From Escherichia phage Phagiculus: a stretch of DNA of 46,458 nucleotides. This document shows, piece after piece, positions 1-8,311 of this stretch. The stretch lies in sequence record OR896821.1. The stretch is one strand, 5' to 3'. Below the pieces are notes generated by a model. It ran no database searches. It was given only the letters and a program-made list of their open reading frames with translations, and had not been told where the DNA came from. The stretch's first letter is position 1, and each line of letters starts with the position of its first letter. A program made the position numbers and the translations under genes.

Positions 1-69
1 GTTGTTTGCGTTAGTGAATGAGCCGCCATTCTGAATGTTAACGCAGTAATCAAATGTATCTAATGCCAT
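1..69 (-). CDS. minor tail protein M-like, N-terminal 23 codons (gene split by window boundary; continues from 46180..46458)
   Basis: ATG at 69..67 on minus strand; reading runs off window start and continues in frame with window end; FGNGYEQRG and FFWKTPQGE resemble lambda gpM motifs. Confidence 0.7.
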   Translation of the reverse strand, partial: MALDTFDYCVNIQNGGSFTNANN

Positions 70-100
70 CTAAAATCCTTAGGGGCCGAAGCCCCATCAA

Positions 101-3073
101 TTAATTGTAACCCTTAAGAAAATTATAAAGCCTACCGCCTTGCTGCGCTGACTTCTCAAGCTCCTCAGCGACAATCAGTCTCACACCGCTCTCAATCGCC
201 TTAGCTTCTCCATCTGAGTTGCTTGAGCCGCCAACATTGACCGTAACTCCGCCAACGTTAACAGATGTTAAGCCGCCGCCAACAAGACCGCCATTCGCAT
301 AACCAGCGCTTAGATTGCCAACTGAGCCGCCATTAGCATATCCACGCATTAGCTTGTAAAGGTTTCCAACGCCAATCCTTGAAGTTGCCTCTTTTGTAAA
401 TACAAACTCTCCTTTGTGAACCGTGCCAGCTGGTTCGTACTTGCCACCGTTACCAGTGTAGCCGCCATCAGCGAAACCTAAAGCAGATATTAGCCCACTG
501 CCAGAGCTAGCTGCCGAGCCGCCACCAAAACTGCTGATAGTTGACTCAATAGCTTTAACTATAAGTAATTGAGTAGCAATCTTAGCGATCTGCTGAAGTA
601 TTGACGCTGCAAACTCCTTAAAGTTCGCCTTACCAGTAGTGAGGAGGCTTGTGATATTGTCTGTAATTCCAGTTAATACACTCTTTGTTAGATCGTAGCT
701 TATTTGGGCGAGGTTAGTTGCTTCAGCTGTGTAATCTTTAAATGCATCACTGGCGCCAGCAAGGAAGTCAGACCTTGCTAAATCCTCCTGCTTATAGAAA
801 GCCTCCTGAGCATCCCTAATTGCTTTATAGTCAGGGGAGTCAAGACTTCCACCCCTATTTAGCTGGTAAGATTCAGCTTTCGCCCTTTCTTGATTTCTGG
901 CATTCTCTATAGACCCGCTACCCCTATTGGATAGAGCAGCAGTCTGAGCAGCTAATTCTCTAGCCTTTTTAAGGTTATCGTCCTGAAGTTTATTCGCCCT
1001 TTCCTGCAAAACAATCTGATCGCCAAGTTCAGCTTTCTGTCTTGCCAATTCGAGAACCTTATCTTTCTCAATGAGAAGTCTGGCCTGCTCTCTTTTTATT
1101 GTACCAGCGTCCCGGCGCTCCTCGAGGATTGCAAACTTAGCTTCTTCGGCGAACAGCTGCTTGCGTTCATTACTGATTACGTCGCTAATCTGGCGGTGAT
1201 CTTTAAGAACCCTAAGCTGAGCCTCTAATGCAAGGACTCCAGACTCGTAGCTCAGCGTCAAATCTCTTTGGCTACCTACACCCTCCTTGCGCTTCTTGTT
1301 GGATTCCTCAATATCCTTAAGCTCCTGCTCTCTTGCCTTCCTACGCTTTTCAAATTCAGCGTCTGACTCACCCGTCCTTTGCTTCTCATCCTGAGAAGGC
1401 GTTACATAACCTAACTCACCTTTACGAATCCTAGCATCTCGCTCAGCGATTGACTTGATTAGCTCCTGATTGGCCTTCTCTATACCCTGGTTCTGCTCCT
1501 CAAACTGCTTAATTAGATCACTACCCACTCCTTTGGCCCCTGGTATCTTCTGGAAGGCCTTTAGAGAGGAAATCAAAAAGTCGTTGATGAGAATGTCACC
1601 CTGACCAATAAACAAACTGATTTGCTCAATTGTTTTAGCAACAACATCAGTGATAAGGTTGAGAGCGCCAAGCGTCCTGTTTCCAATGTCAGTCCAAATT
1701 CTTGATATGAAGTTCCTGAAGCCCTGCCATGCTCGCTCAAGTGGTGTAAGTGATTCGGCAACTTTAGTAAGGCGATTCTCCATAACATCAGCGAATAACT
1801 TAGTGGCAGCCGTTACAGCTTGCGTTTCACCTTGCGTAACCCTGATTTGCTCAATGTATTTAAGCTGACCTGCGGTTAAGAAGTTAAACTGCTTATCTAG
1901 CTCAGCAAGACCTTTGACCGGGTCATTTGCAATCTTGTCGAAGCTCTTAACGATATCTTCAGCTGAGTCACCAGTTACTGTGGCCCATCTAGCGGTTGCC
2001 TCTGTGATAATAGAAATCTGCGCTACAGTGCGATTGCCGCTAGCAACCAAACCTTTGGCAATCTCTTGACCAAGCCCCTGAGTTGCACCAGCAGCTTCTG
2101 ACGCGTTCCTGGCAAGATTCTGTATCGCAGCAGCAGATAAATTCGCATTCTGCCCAGTCAGTGTAAGAGTCTTTTCAAGCTGCGCCGTATTCTGGTATGC
2201 CTGGTAAGCCGACAATCCTAAAGCACCAAGAGCTACACCAAGCGCGCCAGCTGCAACTATAAAAGGATTCAATGCTGCAAGTGCAAATCTGAAGGTGTTA
2301 GCCACACCGCCAAAGCTATCTTTAATCTGTCCACCCTGCTGGATTGCAATCAACCAGATTGGAATACCGCCAGCGAGTGAGGTCCCGATATCTGTAATTT
2401 GCGCTGGCAACTGCCTGATTGCGTTTCTATACTCACCAGCGCTAAGTCCTGACTTTCTGAATGCACCGGACTGAGCCGACAATGCCGCAGAAGCTCTATT
2501 TGATGCATCAGCTATCTGATTAATAATAGGCGCCGCCTGGCTTGAAACACCCAACTCAGCAGCGCGAAGCTTAAGTAATTCCTCTCGAGTTAGTGTCGCC
2601 GCCTGCGCCTCCGCCTGCAAAGACTTAAGGAATCTTTCTGCCTGAGTCGCCGCTGTAGCTTTTGCCTTTGATGCCTCTATCGCCGCTCTGCCTTCCTCTG
2701 TCAAGGCGCGCTGATTCGTTCTCAGGCGATTTGTTTGCGTCTCCAGTGCCTCGCTTAAGCGGTAGAACTCAGCCTCTGGAACAACTCCAGCCGTAAAAGC
2801 CTTGTCCAGTGAGTTCGCGGCTTCCTGCAACTTACGCAGCTTTGATGCGGTCGGGTCGATTGCTGATTGTAAAGACTGAAAGGCGCTACGCTGCTCAGAA
2901 AGATAACGAGCTGTATCTCTTGCTTGATTTTTTGCTACCTGTTCGGCGTTAACGAAGCTACTAATTCCAGCTGCAGCTTGCTCGTTTGCGCGCTTAAATT
3001 CCTGCAACGACCTAGTGCCCTGGTCTACCTGCCTTACGTCTACGCCTAATGTAATTCCGGCAAATTCAGCCAT
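101..3073 (-). CDS. tail tape measure protein
   Basis: about 990 aa, coiled-coil rich, Gly-rich C-terminus, directly downstream of chaperone G/GT and upstream of M-L-K-I-J; GGAGG RBS before ATG at 3073 (ORF-track start at 3121 lies upstream of the terminator-like hairpin). Confidence 0.85.
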   Translation of the reverse strand: MAEFAGITLGVDVRQVDQGTRSLQEFKRANEQAAAGISSFVNAEQVAKNQARDTARYLSEQRSAFQSLQSAIDPTASKLRKLQEAANSLDKAFTAGVVPEAEFYRLSEALETQTNRLRTNQRALTEEGRAAIEASKAKATAATQAERFLKSLQAEAQAATLTREELLKLRAAELGVSSQAAPIINQIADASNRASAALSAQSGAFRKSGLSAGEYRNAIRQLPAQITDIGTSLAGGIPIWLIAIQQGGQIKDSFGGVANTFRFALAALNPFIVAAGALGVALGALGLSAYQAYQNTAQLEKTLTLTGQNANLSAAAIQNLARNASEAAGATQGLGQEIAKGLVASGNRTVAQISIITEATARWATVTGDSAEDIVKSFDKIANDPVKGLAELDKQFNFLTAGQLKYIEQIRVTQGETQAVTAATKLFADVMENRLTKVAESLTPLERAWQGFRNFISRIWTDIGNRTLGALNLITDVVAKTIEQISLFIGQGDILINDFLISSLKAFQKIPGAKGVGSDLIKQFEEQNQGIEKANQELIKSIAERDARIRKGELGYVTPSQDEKQRTGESDAEFEKRRKAREQELKDIEESNKKRKEGVGSQRDLTLSYESGVLALEAQLRVLKDHRQISDVISNERKQLFAEEAKFAILEERRDAGTIKREQARLLIEKDKVLELARQKAELGDQIVLQERANKLQDDNLKKARELAAQTAALSNRGSGSIENARNQERAKAESYQLNRGGSLDSPDYKAIRDAQEAFYKQEDLARSDFLAGASDAFKDYTAEATNLAQISYDLTKSVLTGITDNITSLLTTGKANFKEFAASILQQIAKIATQLLIVKAIESTISSFGGGSAASSGSGLISALGFADGGYTGNGGKYEPAGTVHKGEFVFTKEATSRIGVGNLYKLMRGYANGGSVGNLSAGYANGGLVGGGLTSVNVGGVTVNVGGSSNSDGEAKAIESGVRLIVAEELEKSAQQGGRLYNFLKGYN

Positions 3074-3083
3074 ATTACCTCCA

Positions 3084-3110
3084 TAAAAAAACCTCCACGA
3101 GGGAGGTTTA
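3084..3110 (-). terminator. intrinsic terminator-like hairpin between chaperone GT stop and tape measure start
   Basis: minus strand ACCTCC-CTCGT-GGAGGT followed by TTTTTTT, then GGAGG RBS. Confidence 0.45.
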
Positions 3111-3434
3111 TTTCTTAACATGCTGCATCATATCCAGAGCCTTATACTCAAGTATGCGCAGGTCGTTTAAAACCATCTCTTTATCTTTGACATTATACAC
3201 ATCAAAGAGAAATGGTAGTACTGAATAATCTAATCCTGTCGCGCCGTTCATCCCGACTCGCCATTGAGTAGCGGAAGCCTGATAGATATTCCATGCGCAC
3301 ATCATGTCATCATCGAAGAATAATTCCTCTGGCCCTTCATCTTCGTAATCTGAGCGGCGCATACCAATAGCTTCAAGTTCCGCATCTGTAGGCTCCTTCT
3401 GATACTGGAGGAATACGGCGCGTTTTAGTTTTTT
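3108..3434 (-). CDS. tail assembly chaperone T-frame extension (expressed as G-T fusion by -1 frameshift)
   Basis: -1 frame open from slippery site to stop at 3108; covers the ORF-track 84-aa ORF. Confidence 0.6.
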   Translation of the reverse strand, partial: KKLKRAVFLQYQKEPTDAELEAIGMRRSDYEDEGPEELFFDDDMMCAWNIYQASATQWRVGMNGATGLDYSVLPFLFDVYNVKDKEMVLNDLRILEYKALDMMQHVKK

Positions 3435-3742
3435 GCTCGCTGACCTGCGAGTGCCTGCATATATGCGTTAGTTAACGCCAGTACCGAAGCAGGGAAAAGA
3501 GAAACTAATTCCTCGATATTTTCATCATTAAAATCTTCCTCAAGGTTCCAGTCAGAGCAGATTTCCTTAACGAAGTCGTAATCCTTCAACCCTTCAGTCT
3601 GGAAGATTTCCTGAATCTCTTTAGCTTTACGGTGCTTTGCTGTAAAGATTACCTCAGCTTCCTCGCCGTTAATCATCTGGAATTTAACAGGCAGCTTAAA
3701 ATCAGGTAAAGCGCCAAGTGTTAATTTGAATTTTGCAGCCAT
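3425..3742 (-). CDS. tail assembly chaperone (lambda gpG-like)
   Basis: 105-aa acidic protein directly upstream of tape measure; AGGAG RBS; ends in frameshift site. Confidence 0.65.
   Translation of the reverse strand: MAAKFKLTLGALPDFKLPVKFQMINGEEAEVIFTAKHRKAKEIQEIFQTEGLKDYDFVKEICSDWNLEEDFNDENIEELVSLFPASVLALTNAYMQALAGQRAKN
3428..3434 (-). other. programmed -1 ribosomal frameshift slippery heptamer A_AAA_AAC
   Basis: minus-strand AAAAAAC immediately before the G stop codon; -1 frame continues open for about 107 codons. Confidence 0.6.
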
Positions 3743-3788
3743 CTCTCGATACTCCTATTGTTTGTTTGAGGTTTCTATTGTATTCATT

Positions 3789-4490
3789 TTATTTACTGTT
3801 AGCAAGGTATAGCGCTTTAGCAAAGCCTCTTGGGGTAAGGCTTCTAATCATCTTAGTTCTTGCGCTCTTCCCGCCAAGTTTAGCCCAGCCTGGATTATCG
3901 GATGAGTTAGCATTAACCATCTTATCCTCAGGCATAACAAAGCCGTTTCCAGTCCAGAGGCAAGTTTTCTTATTGTAAGTATCCCTTCCAGGAATTATCT
4001 CAGGGAAGAACGGGTGCTTGTCATCCTCATCAAGATAGCCACCAAAATCACAAGGATGGAAAGTGTGATTTGGCCTTCTCCACATCGATGACAATACGCT
4101 AACTGGGTTCTCTATCATATATGGAGCGTTAAAGTGATTGGCTATATACTCAGCAATTCTGCAAGTTGACACCGCCTTGCGCTGAAAATCAGGGTCTTTT
4201 TCACCCTTAGATTTAAAGTGTCTTGAACCCGATACAGCAAGGTCAGTACACGGAGGGAATGCAATTATTAAATCTGGCTCACCAAAATAGCCTTTAACAG
4301 CCAGGTCCGCGAAAGATGAATCAATCCATGCATTAATGTATGTTATGTTCTCATGCTGAATCTTTGAGTTGTATTTGGCGTAGTCACCGTGGTCAGCGTC
4401 GTCATAGTTAAAACAAATCACCTTGTGACCGTTTTCTGCCCACGGCTGAGCTGCGATACCTGAACCATCAAATAAGCTGAATACTAACAT
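3789..4490 (-). CDS. DNA (cytosine-5) methyltransferase-like protein
   Basis: motif I-like LFDGSGI, motif IV-like FPPCTD with Pro-Cys, motif VI-like IENPVS; GAGGG RBS before ATG at 4490; preceded by terminator. Confidence 0.5.
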   Translation of the reverse strand: MLVFSLFDGSGIAAQPWAENGHKVICFNYDDADHGDYAKYNSKIQHENITYINAWIDSSFADLAVKGYFGEPDLIIAFPPCTDLAVSGSRHFKSKGEKDPDFQRKAVSTCRIAEYIANHFNAPYMIENPVSVLSSMWRRPNHTFHPCDFGGYLDEDDKHPFFPEIIPGRDTYNKKTCLWTGNGFVMPEDKMVNANSSDNPGWAKLGGKSARTKMIRSLTPRGFAKALYLANSK

Positions 4491-4525
4491 TATTAAACCC
4501 TCTTGTTTTCGATGGGTCCAATATA

Positions 4526-4552
4526 ACAAAAAAGACCCCTAAGGGTCTTTGC
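4526..4552 (-). terminator. intrinsic terminator after major tail protein gene
   Basis: minus strand AGACCC-TTAG-GGGTCT followed by TTTTTT. Confidence 0.6.
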
Positions 4553-4564
4553 AAAAAGTGCTAT

Positions 4565-5215
4565 TTATGCTGCCAGGAAGCTGTAGCGTCCTCGTACCGT
4601 AATTGCTACGGATACAGTTTCGATTTCGTTAACAGAAACGTTTGGCGTTTCGTTGAATGCGATAGTGCCAGTCCACAAGCGAACTTCACCAGCCTTAGGT
4701 ACGTATGCGCGAATCGCCAGAAGTGCACCAGTCTCATCGTAGTTGCGAAGGATTGGGTAAATCGGGTTGGTGAAGTCGTGCGCAAAGGTGTAAGTGGTGT
4801 TAACAGCTGACTTATAAGTCGGAATCTGCTGCTCACGGTCATCTGCCAGACACTGATAGGTAACAAACTGCTGTTCACCGCCGTCAGTAGAAACATCCTG
4901 AATACAAGGCATTTCATACCAGCTAAGAATCTTGTAGATTACCGCGGTGCCGCCAGCAGGGAACTGCATAACGTCGCTAGTGTCGATACCTTCGACGGTA
5001 ATAGTTGTTGCAGTGGTGCTAACTACTCGCAGTTGCTTCTCGGAAAGCTTAGACCAGCTTGAGGATTCAACAACGATAAAGTCACCACTTGCAAAATCAG
5101 AAGCGTCAGCAACCGTCATTACTGGTTGGGCTGCGTTGCTTACTGCGGTTACCTGAACTGATTCTCCAGCTGAACCCTGGATAAAGATTTGAGTACCGTT
5201 ACTCAAGTGTGCCAT
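4565..5215 (-). CDS. major tail (tube) protein
   Basis: position between neck/tail-completion genes and chaperones; AAGGAG RBS before ATG at 5215; flanked downstream by strong terminator. Confidence 0.55.
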   Translation of the reverse strand: MAHLSNGTQIFIQGSAGESVQVTAVSNAAQPVMTVADASDFASGDFIVVESSSWSKLSEKQLRVVSTTATTITVEGIDTSDVMQFPAGGTAVIYKILSWYEMPCIQDVSTDGGEQQFVTYQCLADDREQQIPTYKSAVNTTYTFAHDFTNPIYPILRNYDETGALLAIRAYVPKAGEVRLWTGTIAFNETPNVSVNEIETVSVAITVRGRYSFLAA

Positions 5216-5229
5216 GTAAATCTCCTTAA

Positions 5230-5628
5230 TTAATCCATACGTACGTAGAATCGGATTGGGAAGAACCAACCAGACTGTGATTTAACCGCTGGGTGTACCA
5301 CCCCCCCTTCATATATATATCCGGTGCTTAGCATTGTACCATCGGCGAAAGCTTCTGACAATGACCCCGCTAATTGGCGAGCCCTATCAATTCCAAAACC
5401 TGGAGGGAAGAACAAAGAGACCTGAACCATACCAATATAGTATCTGCAAGTTCTCTGAAGACCCCATGTAACGGTATCAGCTTCAGTGTAATCAAACTTT
5501 AGCCACATCGAGCCATTCTTTGGCGGTGTAAAGTTGCAGTTTTCGTAAGAAACTGGCAGCGAGCCAGTAATATCAACAGCAACCCTGCTTACCAATTCGC
5601 GCGCAGCGATAGACATTTCATAGTGCAT
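5230..5628 (-). CDS. tail terminator / tail completion-like protein
   Basis: GGAAGG RBS; position in neck-tail block; start overlaps stop of upstream gene. Confidence 0.35.
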   Translation of the reverse strand: MHYEMSIAARELVSRVAVDITGSLPVSYENCNFTPPKNGSMWLKFDYTEADTVTWGLQRTCRYYIGMVQVSLFFPPGFGIDRARQLAGSLSEAFADGTMLSTGYIYEGGVVHPAVKSQSGWFFPIRFYVRMD

Positions 5629-6046
5629 TGCCGACCTTCCTTATTGCGTCGTTGAAATAGAATCCAAGCCTTTTACTTACAATTCCAAGTATCCCGTTAG
5701 GAGCCTGACCGGAGTAACCAAACTCTAGCGGAACAGAGTAGGTTAATGCATTGGTTATGTAAATTGTACTTGTAGCCCTGTCTCTTGCTAGCGCGTGAAT
5801 CTGTCGCCTGAGAGAATTTATGGTGTCAGCCCCATCCTTATCATAGTTGTTCAGGCTGATAAGTGATGGATTATTTCCGGTGGCTTGCCAGTTACCCTTG
5901 AATCTACCTGTATCAACAGGTGAGAGATTAACAATATCTCTTGCTGCGTTATTTAGGGCTTCATCGATAATCTCAGGTAGTGCCTCGGAAACCGAGTCAA
6001 TCCAGTCATCTATCTTTAACTTAAATAGAAGGTTTTCATTAGCCAT
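5618..6046 (-). CDS. HK97 gp10-like neck/tail-completion protein
   Basis: SPVDTGRFKGNW motif typical of the HK97 gp10 family; position. Confidence 0.45.
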   Translation of the reverse strand: MANENLLFKLKIDDWIDSVSEALPEIIDEALNNAARDIVNLSPVDTGRFKGNWQATGNNPSLISLNNYDKDGADTINSLRRQIHALARDRATSTIYITNALTYSVPLEFGYSGQAPNGILGIVSKRLGFYFNDAIRKVGNAL

Positions 6047-6446
6047 AAGTCGCAGCCCTCCGCAATACTGGTCGATATGCGATTACGGTTCCTGTTGGCT
6101 TAACTGGTCGAGGGTCAACTACCGTGTATGCTTCCTGGTCGACGTAGATGCGGTCACCTTCCGATATAACCGAATCAGCAGTAAAAATTCCACGACGGTC
6201 ACCGAAGATAATGATGTCACCATCAATGTCTCTTGCTTTGAACTCACGAATAACCCCCTTAACAGTATAAGAGCGGCCTGGAGACAAAACCTCACGTCCC
6301 GCCACAATCTGAACTGATGGAGCAGTTGTCGCCTCGAAAACACCATCACCATCTGACAGGAGGTTAATTCCTGTCTTTATCTGCTGTTGCAGAAGTCGAT
6401 GATCCATTAGCAGCACCCTCGCGATTTGCCCATAATAAGACCCCAA
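6039..6446 (-). CDS. head-tail joining (head closure-like) protein
   Basis: position between connector and gp10-like genes; overlapping gene boundaries. Confidence 0.35.
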   Translation of the reverse strand: MGSYYGQIARVLLMDHRLLQQQIKTGINLLSDGDGVFEATTAPSVQIVAGREVLSPGRSYTVKGVIREFKARDIDGDIIIFGDRRGIFTADSVISEGDRIYVDQEAYTVVDPRPVKPTGTVIAYRPVLRRAATYG

Positions 6447-6805
6447 CCGCCAAGTTTCTTGCGATAAAGCGCAAGATATAACTTGCCCCAGCTAGAACTA
6501 GATAAATCAGAAGAACTTTTAGTAGCAGTCGATGTGTCATATGTGATTGTGTACTCTCCAGAAAGTGAGTAGGACTTAACCCGATCAGATGATGTCTGGC
6601 TTGAGTCGTTCTGAGTCTTAAGTGCAATATCCTGACTAACCAGGTGTAACGTGTAGAATGCCAGAGCCTGAACCTTTTTGTCACCGAATCGCTCAAAGCA
6701 AACAAATAGCTTAGAAACTTCAACCCACGCGTTAAGAACTTCATCAGGCTGGCTTACTAAAGGTGGGTATAGCGTTCTCATGTATACAATTACTTCTTCG
6801 TTCAT
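6407..6805 (-). CDS. head-tail connector/adaptor-like protein
   Basis: position downstream of major capsid gene; GGAGG RBS. Confidence 0.35.
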   Translation of the reverse strand: MNEEVIVYMRTLYPPLVSQPDEVLNAWVEVSKLFVCFERFGDKKVQALAFYTLHLVSQDIALKTQNDSSQTSSDRVKSYSLSGEYTITYDTSTATKSSSDLSSSSWGKLYLALYRKKLGGWGLIMGKSRGCC

Positions 6806-6906
6806 CTTGTTCTACCTCCAGATAAATATCCAATTAACAATATTGCGCCAATTAAAGTTAATGGAGCAAAAAGAATCAATGTCATGACAAGAAAGAAAAT
6901 CAACAT
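6802..6906 (-). CDS. small hydrophobic peptide (34 aa, MLIFFLVMTLILFAPLTLIGAILLIGYLSGGRTR), not in ORF track
   Basis: GGAGG RBS 4 nt before ATG at 6906; stop TGA overlaps ATG of the next gene (ATGA coupling); single predicted TM helix. Confidence 0.4.
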   Translation of the reverse strand: MLIFFLVMTLILFAPLTLIGAILLIGYLSGGRTR

Positions 6907-6916
6907 GAAACCTCCA

Positions 6917-6945
6917 ATAAAAAAGGACGCCGAAGCGCCCATGTT
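6917..6945 (-). terminator. terminator-like hairpin with UUCG loop
   Basis: minus strand GGGCGC-TTCG-GCGTCC followed by TTTTTTATT. Confidence 0.45.
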
Positions 6946-6947
6946 TA

Positions 6948-7193
6948 TTATTTGTACTCGTTGCCAGTCTCGGCTTCAGAGATGGTCTTAGGCTCTTTTC
7001 GTTTGCGCTTGCTGGAAATCTCTTCTGCAATCTTTTTAGATTCTTTAGGGTCATCAGCAATTGTTATGCGACCCTCTGCGATAAGCTGCTTAATGCCAGC
7101 GCTAAGAACCTCAGTCTCAATAAAATCACCTGGAACGTAACCCTTACCATCAATCATGATAAAGCAAGCACCAGTATGTTCTAAACGAATCAT
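6948..7193 (-). CDS. hypothetical protein (81 aa, K/E-rich C-terminus)
   Basis: AAGGAG RBS before ATG at 7193. Confidence 0.4.
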   Translation of the reverse strand: MIRLEHTGACFIMIDGKGYVPGDFIETEVLSAGIKQLIAEGRITIADDPKESKKIAEEISSKRKRKEPKTISEAETGNEYK

Positions 7194-7255
7194 TTCAATC
7201 TCCTTTGTTATCTGTTAGTGGTGATTATAACTCATCGTTTTGGTTTCGTACAGAC

Positions 7256-7278
7256 GTAAAAAAGCCCTCCTAAGAGGG
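7256..7278 (-). terminator. intrinsic terminator after major capsid gene
   Basis: minus strand GCCCTC-TTAG-GAGGGC followed by TTTTTT; shares 22-nt element with 15635..15656. Confidence 0.6.
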
Positions 7279-7285
7279 CGATTTA

Positions 7286-8233
7286 TTAAGGGTAGGTAAT
7301 ACCCTTCAGTACAGATACGGTCAGCGGACGGTAGATAACCAGACCAGTAGACTTAGAAGTAACCGGATATTTAAAATGAAGGTCCTTAGGCTGACCCGGC
7401 AGCACATTGGTCGCTTCCGGAATCTCAATGCTGAGGTTCAGCGGATCTTTTTCAAACGCCAGTGCTGCTTTACCGCCCGCGCCATCGTAGTTATCCAGGA
7501 ACTGAAGGTAACGGATGGTAAGGCCAGGGTTGTTACGAGTAAACAGTTCACCATAACTAATGGTAGTACCAGCAACCAGGCCCTGCATTACTCGACGAGC
7601 GGATGCCGGAAGAATGATGTCAGTTACATGGTGAATGCCCTGGGTTGCAATTTCAACAGAATCAATCATTGAAGTAATATCATCAACCGCGTTCTTGGCA
7701 TCAGTCCAGCCACTTGCATTAGCAGTAATCTGGTTGACGTTAGGCGCGTTGAATACGCTGGTAATGCCATGAGGCGTAGAGCCTTGCCAAACCAGTTTAT
7801 CAAGCAGGTTGTCGTGAGCTTCAAATGCCAGCGCCTGTTTGCGAGATTGCAGAGGCTGACCAGTTGCAGCGCCAGCTTTGATTTCATCAACGGACACCAG
7901 GAAGGCGTTACCGAATCGGAAAACTTTGCCCTGCTTCTCAGTCATGAAAGCATCAACCAGCGGCAGGTCATCAGAGTAATCAGCGATAATCTGAGCGATA
8001 CCTACGCCATCGAATTCCGGGTATTCAAAGTATTTTGCGTGGCTTGGGATTTCGTTACTTACAGGGAAGATATTAACAACGGAGTTATCCGGGTATTCTT
8101 TCTCGTAGTTACGCTTGAGGGTTTCGGTAAGCTGCTTGACGGTCCAGATACCAGCCGCATCAGCCTTTTCGACGCCCATTTGCTCGAGGTGAGCCGTGAT
8201 TTTAGCCTGTTCGGCGTCTAACTTAATAGCCAT
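7286..8233 (-). CDS. major capsid protein
   Basis: 315 aa, position after scaffold/decoration genes, own sigma70-like promoter and strong terminator. Confidence 0.65.
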   Translation of the reverse strand: MAIKLDAEQAKITAHLEQMGVEKADAAGIWTVKQLTETLKRNYEKEYPDNSVVNIFPVSNEIPSHAKYFEYPEFDGVGIAQIIADYSDDLPLVDAFMTEKQGKVFRFGNAFLVSVDEIKAGAATGQPLQSRKQALAFEAHDNLLDKLVWQGSTPHGITSVFNAPNVNQITANASGWTDAKNAVDDITSMIDSVEIATQGIHHVTDIILPASARRVMQGLVAGTTISYGELFTRNNPGLTIRYLQFLDNYDGAGGKAALAFEKDPLNLSIEIPEATNVLPGQPKDLHFKYPVTSKSTGLVIYRPLTVSVLKGITYP

Positions 8234-8268
8234 TTTATCATCCTTTTAGTTAACAAGTTTACGAGTTC

Positions 8269-8296
8269 ATTATACACGAGTTTTAAGCCCGCGCAA
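8269..8296 (-). promoter_or_regulatory. sigma70-like promoter upstream of major capsid gene
   Basis: minus strand TTGCGC - 16 nt - TATAAT, 29 nt leader with AAGGA RBS. Confidence 0.4.
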
Positions 8297-8311
8297 TGGC
8301 GGGCATTAATC

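Noticed and set aside
1573-1868. ORF-track ORFs 1573..1788 (-) and 1650..1868 (+) inside the tape measure gene
   Set aside because: Fully embedded in or antisense to a long, well-supported CDS; no RBS; typical shadow ORFs.
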